The notes beneath the pieces were generated by a model, which was not told the origin of the DNA, searched no databases, and saw nothing but the letters and a program-made list of their open reading frames with translations. This document shows, piece after piece, positions 56,401-64,000 of a stretch of DNA of 64,000 nt. The translations under genes were made by a program, and so were the position numbers. Location: NCBI GenBank assembly GCA_964016885.1, contig OZ024740.1, forward strand, positions 24,118,001 through 24,182,000, in the 5' to 3' direction. This DNA comes from Eledone cirrhosa. Its lineage: Eukaryota. Positions within the stretch are counted from its first letter, which is position 1. Each line of letters starts with the position of its first letter.

Positions 56401-59400
56401 AACCACACTACCACTAACAACAATACTACCACTAACAACAACACTACCACTAACAACAACACTACCACTAACAACAACACTACCACTACCAACCACAATA
56501 CCAATAACAACCACACTACCACTAACAACAACACTACCACTAACAACAACACCACTAACAACAACACCACCACTAACAACAACACTACCACTAACAACAA
56601 CACTACAACTAACAACAACACTACCACTACCAACAACACTACCACTAACAACAACACTACCACTAACAACAACACCACCACTAACAACAACACTACCACT
56701 AACAACAACAACACCACTAACAAAAACAACACTAACAACAACACTACCACTAACAACAACACTAGCACTAACAACAACAACACCACTAAGAACAACAGCA
56801 CTAACAACAACAACACCACTAACAACAACACTACCACTAACAACAACACTACCACTAACAACAACACTACCACTAACAACAACAGTACCACTAACAACAC
56901 TACAACTATCAACACACTACCTCTAACAACAACACTACCACTAATAACAACACTACTACTAACAACAACACTACAACTAACAACAACACTACAACTAACA
57001 ACAACACTACCACTAACAACAACACTACCGCTAACAACAACACTACCACTAACAACACTACCACTAACAACAACACTACCACTAACAACAACACTACCAC
57101 TAATAACAACACTACCACTAACGACAACACTACCACTAACAACCACACTACCACTACCAACCACACTACCACTAACAACAACAACACCAATAACAACAAC
57201 ACTACCACTAACAACAACACTACAACTACCAACAACACTACCACTAACAACAACACTACCACTAACAACAACACTACCACTACCAACAACATCACCACTA
57301 ACAACAACACCACCACTAACAACAACACTACCACTAACAACAACATCACCACTAACAACAGCACTACCACTAACAACAACACTACCACTAACAACAACAC
57401 TACAACTAACAAAAACACTACAAGTAACAACAACACTACCACTAACAACAACACTACCACTAACAACAACACTACCACTAATAACAACACTACCACTAAC
57501 AACAACACTACCACTAACAACAACACCACCACTAACAACAACAGTACCACTAACAACAACACCACTAACAATACTACCACTAACAACAACACCACCACTA
57601 ACAACAACACTACTACTAACAACAACACTACCACTAACAACAACACCACCACTAACAACAACAGTACCACTAACAACAACACCACTAACAACAACACTAC
57701 TACTAACAACAACACTACCACTAACAACAACAGTACCACTAACAACAACACCACTAACAACACCACCACTAACAACAACAGTACCACTAACAACAACACC
57801 ACTAACAACAACACTACTACTAACAACAACACTACCACTAACAACCACACCACCACTAACAACAACAGTACCACTAACAACAACACCACTAACAACAACA
57901 CTACTACTAACAACAACACTACCACTAACAGCAACACCACTAACAACACCACCACTAACAACAACAGTACCACTAACAACAACACCACTAACAACAACAC
58001 TACTACTAACAACAACACTACCACTAACAACCACACCACCACTAACAACAACAGTACCACTAACAACAACACCACTAACAACAACACTACTACAACAACA
58101 ACACTACCACTAACAACAACAGTACCACTAACAACAACACCACTGACAACACCACCATTAACAACAACAGTACCACTAACAACAACACCACTAACAACAA
58201 CACTACTACTAACAACAACACTACCACTAACAACAACACCAATAACAACCACACTACCACTAACAACAACAGTACCACTAACAACAACACCAATAACAAC
58301 CACACTACCACTAACAACAATACTACCACTAACAACAACACTACCACTAACAACAACACTACCACTACCAACCACAATACCAATAACAACCACACTACCA
58401 CTAACAACAACAGTACCAGTAACAACAACACCACTAACAACAACACCACCACTAACAACAACACAACACTACCACTAACAACAACACTACAACTAACAAC
58501 AACACTACCACTACCAACAACACTACCACTAACAACAACACTACCACTAACAACAACACCACCACTAACAACAACACTACCACTAACAACAACAACACCA
58601 CTAACAAAAACAACACTAACAACAACACTACCACTAACAACAACACCACTAAGAACAACAGCACTAACAACAACAACACCACTAACAACAACACTACCAC
58701 TAACAACAACACTACCACTAACAACAACACTACCACTAACAACAACAGTACCACTAACAACACTACAACTATCAACACACTACCTCTAACAACAACACTA
58801 CCACTAATAACAACAATACTACTAACAACAACACTACAACTAACAACAACACTACAACTAACAACAACACTACCACTAACAACAACACTACCGCTAACAA
58901 CAACACTACCACTAACAACACTACCACTAACAACAACACTACCACTAACAACAACACTACCACTAATAACAACACTACCACTAACGACAACACTACCACT
59001 AACAACAACACTACCACTACCAACCACAATACCACTAACAACAACAACACCACTAACAACAACACTACCACTAACAACAACACTACAACTACCAACAACA
59101 CTACCACTAACAACAACACTACCACTAACAACAACACTACCACTAACAACAACATCACCACTAACAACAACACCACCACTAACAACAACACTACCACTAA
59201 CAACAACATCACCACTAACAACAGCACTACCACTAACAACAACACTACCACTAACAACAACACTACAACTAACAACAACACTACAAGTAACAACACCACT
59301 ACCACTAACAACAACACTACCACTAACAACAACACTACCACTAATAACAACACTACCACTAACAACAACACTACCACTAACAACAACACGACCACTAACA

Positions 59401-62400
59401 ACACTACCACTAACAACAACACTACCACTAACAACAACACTACCACTGACAACAACACTAGCACTAACAACAACAACACCACTAAGAACAACACCACTAA
59501 CAACAACACTACCACTAACAACAACACTACCACTAATAACAACACCACCACTAACAACAACACCACCACTAACAACAACACTACCACTAACAACACTACC
59601 ACTAACAACAACACTACCACTAACAACAACACTACAACTAACAACAACACTACCGCTAACAACAAGACTACCACTAACAACAAAACTACCACTAACAACA
59701 ACACTACTAATAACAACACTAACACTAACAACAACACTACCACTAACAACAACAATACAACTAACAACAACACTACCACTAACAACAACACTACCACTAA
59801 CAACAACACTACAACTAACAACAACACTACCACTCATAACAACACTACCACTAACAACAACACTACCACTAACAACAACACTACCACTAACAACAACACT
59901 ACAACTAACAACAACACTACCACTAATAACAACACTACCACTAACAACAACTCTACCACTAACAACAACAATACAACGAACAACAACACTACCACTAACA
60001 ACAACACTACCACTAACAACAACACTACCACTAACAACAACACTACCACTAATAACAACACTACTACTAACAACAACACTACCACTAACATCAACACTAC
60101 CACTAACAACAACACTACCACTAACAACAACACTACCACTAACAACAACACTACCACTAACAACAACACTACCACTAACAACAACAACACAACTAACAAC
60201 AACACTACCACTAACAACAACAATACAACTACCAACAACACTACCACTAACAACAACACTACCACTAACAAAAACAATACAACTAACAACAACACCACCA
60301 CTAACAACAACACTACCACTAACAACAACACTACCACTAATAACAACACTACCACTAACAACAACACTACCACTAACAACAACACCACTAACAACAACAC
60401 TAACTAACAACAACACTACCACTAATAACAACACTACCACTAACAACAACACCACTAACAACAACACTACCACTAACAACAACACTATCACTAACAACAA
60501 CACTACCACTAACAACAACACTACCACTAACAACAACACTACCACTAACAACATCACCACTAACAACAACAGTACCACTAACAACAACACTACCACTAAC
60601 ACCAACGCTACCACTAACAACAACACTACAACTAACAACAACACTACCACTAACAACAACACTACCACTAACAACAACACTACCACTAACAACAACACTA
60701 CCACTAACAACAACACTACATCTAACAACAACACTACCACTAACAACAACACTACATCTAACAACAACACTACCACTAACAACAACACTACAACTAACAA
60801 CAACACTACCACTAACAACAACACTAGTACTAACAACAACACTACAACTAACAACAACGCTACCACTAACAACAACACTACCACTAACAACAAAACTACC
60901 ACTAACAACAACATTACAACTAACAACAACACTACAACTATCAACAACACCACCTCTAACAACAACACTACAACTAACAACAACACTACCACTAACAACA
61001 ACACTACCACTAACAACACTACAACTAACAACAACACTACCACTAACAACAACACTACCACTAACAACAACATCACCACTAACAACACTACCACTAACAA
61101 CAACACCACCACTAACAACAACACTACTACTAACAACACTAACACTAACAACATCACCACTAACAACACCACCACCACTAACAACAACACTACCACTAAC
61201 AACAACACTACCACTAACAACAACACTACCACTAACAACAACACTACCACTAATAACAACACTACCACTAACAACAACACTACCACTATCAATAACACTA
61301 CCACTAACAACAACACTACCACTAACAACAACACTACCACTAACAACAACACGACCACTAACAACACTACCACTAACAACAACACTACCACTAACAACAA
61401 CACTACCACTGACAACAACACTACCACATACAACAACACTACCACTACCAACAACACTACCACTAACAACAACAACACAACTAACAAAAACACTGCCAAT
61501 AACAACAACACTACTACTAACAACAACAACACAACTAACAACAACACTACCACTAACAACAACACTACCACTAATAACAACACTATCACTAACAACAACA
61601 CTACCATTAACAACAACACTACCACTACCAACAACACTACCACTAACAACAACAACACAACTAACAAAAACACTACCACTAACAACAACACTACCACTAA
61701 CAACAACATCACCACTAACAACAACACTACCACTAACAACAACACTACCACTAACTACAACACTACCACTAACAACAACACCACTAACAGCAACACTACC
61801 ACCAACAACAACACTACCACTAACAACAACACTACCACTAACAACAACACTACCACTAACAACAACACTACCACTAACAACAACACTACAACTAACAACA
61901 ACACTACAACTAACAACAACACCACTAACAACAACACTACCACTAACAACAACACTACCACTAACAACAACACTACCACTAACAACAACACTACCACTAA
62001 CAACAACACTACCACTAACAACAACACTACCACTAATAACAACACTACCACTAACAACAAACACTACCACTAACAACAACACTACCACTAACAACAACAC
62101 TACCACTAACAACAACACTACCACTAACAACAACACTACCACTAACAACAACACTACCACTAACAACAACACTACCACTAACAACAACACTACCACTAAC
62201 AGCAACACTACCACTAACAACAACACTACCACTAACAACAACACTACCACTAACAACAACACTACCACTAATAACAATACTACCACTAACAACAAACACT
62301 ACCACTAACAACAACACTACCACTAACAACAACACTACCACTAACAACAACACTACCACTAACAACAACACTACCACTAATAACAACACTACCACTAACA

Positions 62401-64000
62401 ACAACACCACTAACAACAACACTACCACTAACAACAACACTATCACTAACAACAACACTACCACTAACAACAACACTACAACTAACAACAACACTACCAC
62501 TAACAACAACACTACCACTAACAACAACAGTACCACTAACAACACTACAACTATCAACACGCTACCTCTAACAACAACACTACCACTAATAACAACAATA
62601 CTACTAACAACAACACTACAACTAACAACAACACTACAACTAACAACAACACTACCGCTAACAACAACACTACCACTAACAACACTACCACTAACAACAA
62701 CACTACCACTAACAACAACACTACCACTAATAACAACACTACCACTAACGACAACACTACCACTAACAACAACACTACCACTACCAACCACACTACCACT
62801 AACAACAACAACACCACTAACAACAACACTACCACTAACAACAACACTACAACTACCAACAACACTACCACTAACAACAACACTACCACTAACAACAACA
62901 CTACCACTAACAACAACATCACCACTAACAACAACACCACCACTAACAACAACACTACCACTAACAACAACATCACCACTAACAACAGCACTACCACTAA
63001 CAACAACACTACCACTAACAACAACACTACAACTAACAACAACACTACAAGTAACAACAACACTACCACTAACAACAACACTACCACTAACAACAACACT
63101 ACCACTAATAACAACACTACCACTAACAACAACACTACCACTAACAACAACACTACCACTAACGACAACACTACCACTAACGACAACACTACAACTAACA
63201 ACAACACTACCACTAATAACAACACTACCACTAACAACAACACTACCACTAACAACAACACCACTAACTACAACACTACTACTAACAACAACACTACTAC
63301 TAACAACAACAGTACCTCTAACAACAACACTACAACTAACAACAACACTACCACTAACAACAACACTACCACTAACAACAACAACACCACTAACAACAAC
63401 AACACTAACAACAACACTACCACTAACAACAACACTAGCACTAACAACAACAACACCACTAAGAACAACACCACTAACAACAACAACACCACTAACAACA
63501 ACACTACCACTAACAACAACACTACCACAAACAACACTACAACTAATAACAACACTACCACTAACAACAACACTACCACTAACAACAACACTACGAATAA
63601 CAACAACAACACCACTAACAACAACACTACCACTAACAACAACACTACCACTAATAACAACACCACCACTAACAACAGCACCACCACTAACAACAACACT
63701 ACCACTAACAACACTACCACTAACAACAACACTACCACTAACAACAACACTACAACTAACAACAACACTACCGCTAACAACAAGACTACCACTAACAACA
63801 AAACTACCACTAACAACAACACTACTAATAACAACACTAACACTAACAACAACACTACCACTAACAACAACAATACAACTAACAACAACACTACCACTAA
63901 CAACAACACTACCACTAACAACAACACTACAACTAACAACAACACTACCACTCATAACAACACTACCACTAACAACAACACTACCACTAACAACAACACT
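38475..64000. repeat. Giant 18-bp satellite (ACTAACAACAACACTACC)n with 15- and 21-bp variants, extending beyond the window
   Basis: Continuous for >25 kb, almost G-free on the + strand, with kb-scale internal duplications. Confidence 0.98.

Noticed and set aside
38471-63955. Very long minus-strand poly-Val/Leu and GSVVVS ORFs, and the 2898-aa + strand ORF as a gene
   Set aside because: Stop-free frames follow from the 18-bp unit, frames switch register at indels, and the ATG at 48230 is a point variant in mid-array.

Overview
Eukaryotic, AT-rich, repeat-dominated DNA with no complete protein-coding gene recognisable. The SINE families and microsatellite load suggest a coleoid cephalopod (Octopus-like); this is an inference. 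Four tandem arrays fill over half the window: a 53-bp array (1-1855), a 52-bp array (7021-12694), a 74/76-bp array that appears amplified from the 3' end of an R4/Dong-like LINE (25839-27973), and a >25-kb, almost G-free 18-bp satellite (ACTAACAACAACACTACC) running off the right end. Between them lie about 20 tRNA-derived SINE copies of two families, a hAT MITE with target-site duplication, a probable non-autonomous Helitron and a few candidate exons. The main signal is a set of five sequence-unrelated, (TA)n-flanked fold-back elements (18.4-33.2 kb), each centred on a type-I hammerhead ribozyme or its remnant. Four readable intact ribozyme copies occur in three families, and all four families with a readable stem II close it with an unusual U-U pair. 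The architecture matches the pseudo-LTRs of Penelope-like retroelements, but no coding sequence is attached. Nearly all listed ORFs are artefacts of simple repeats.
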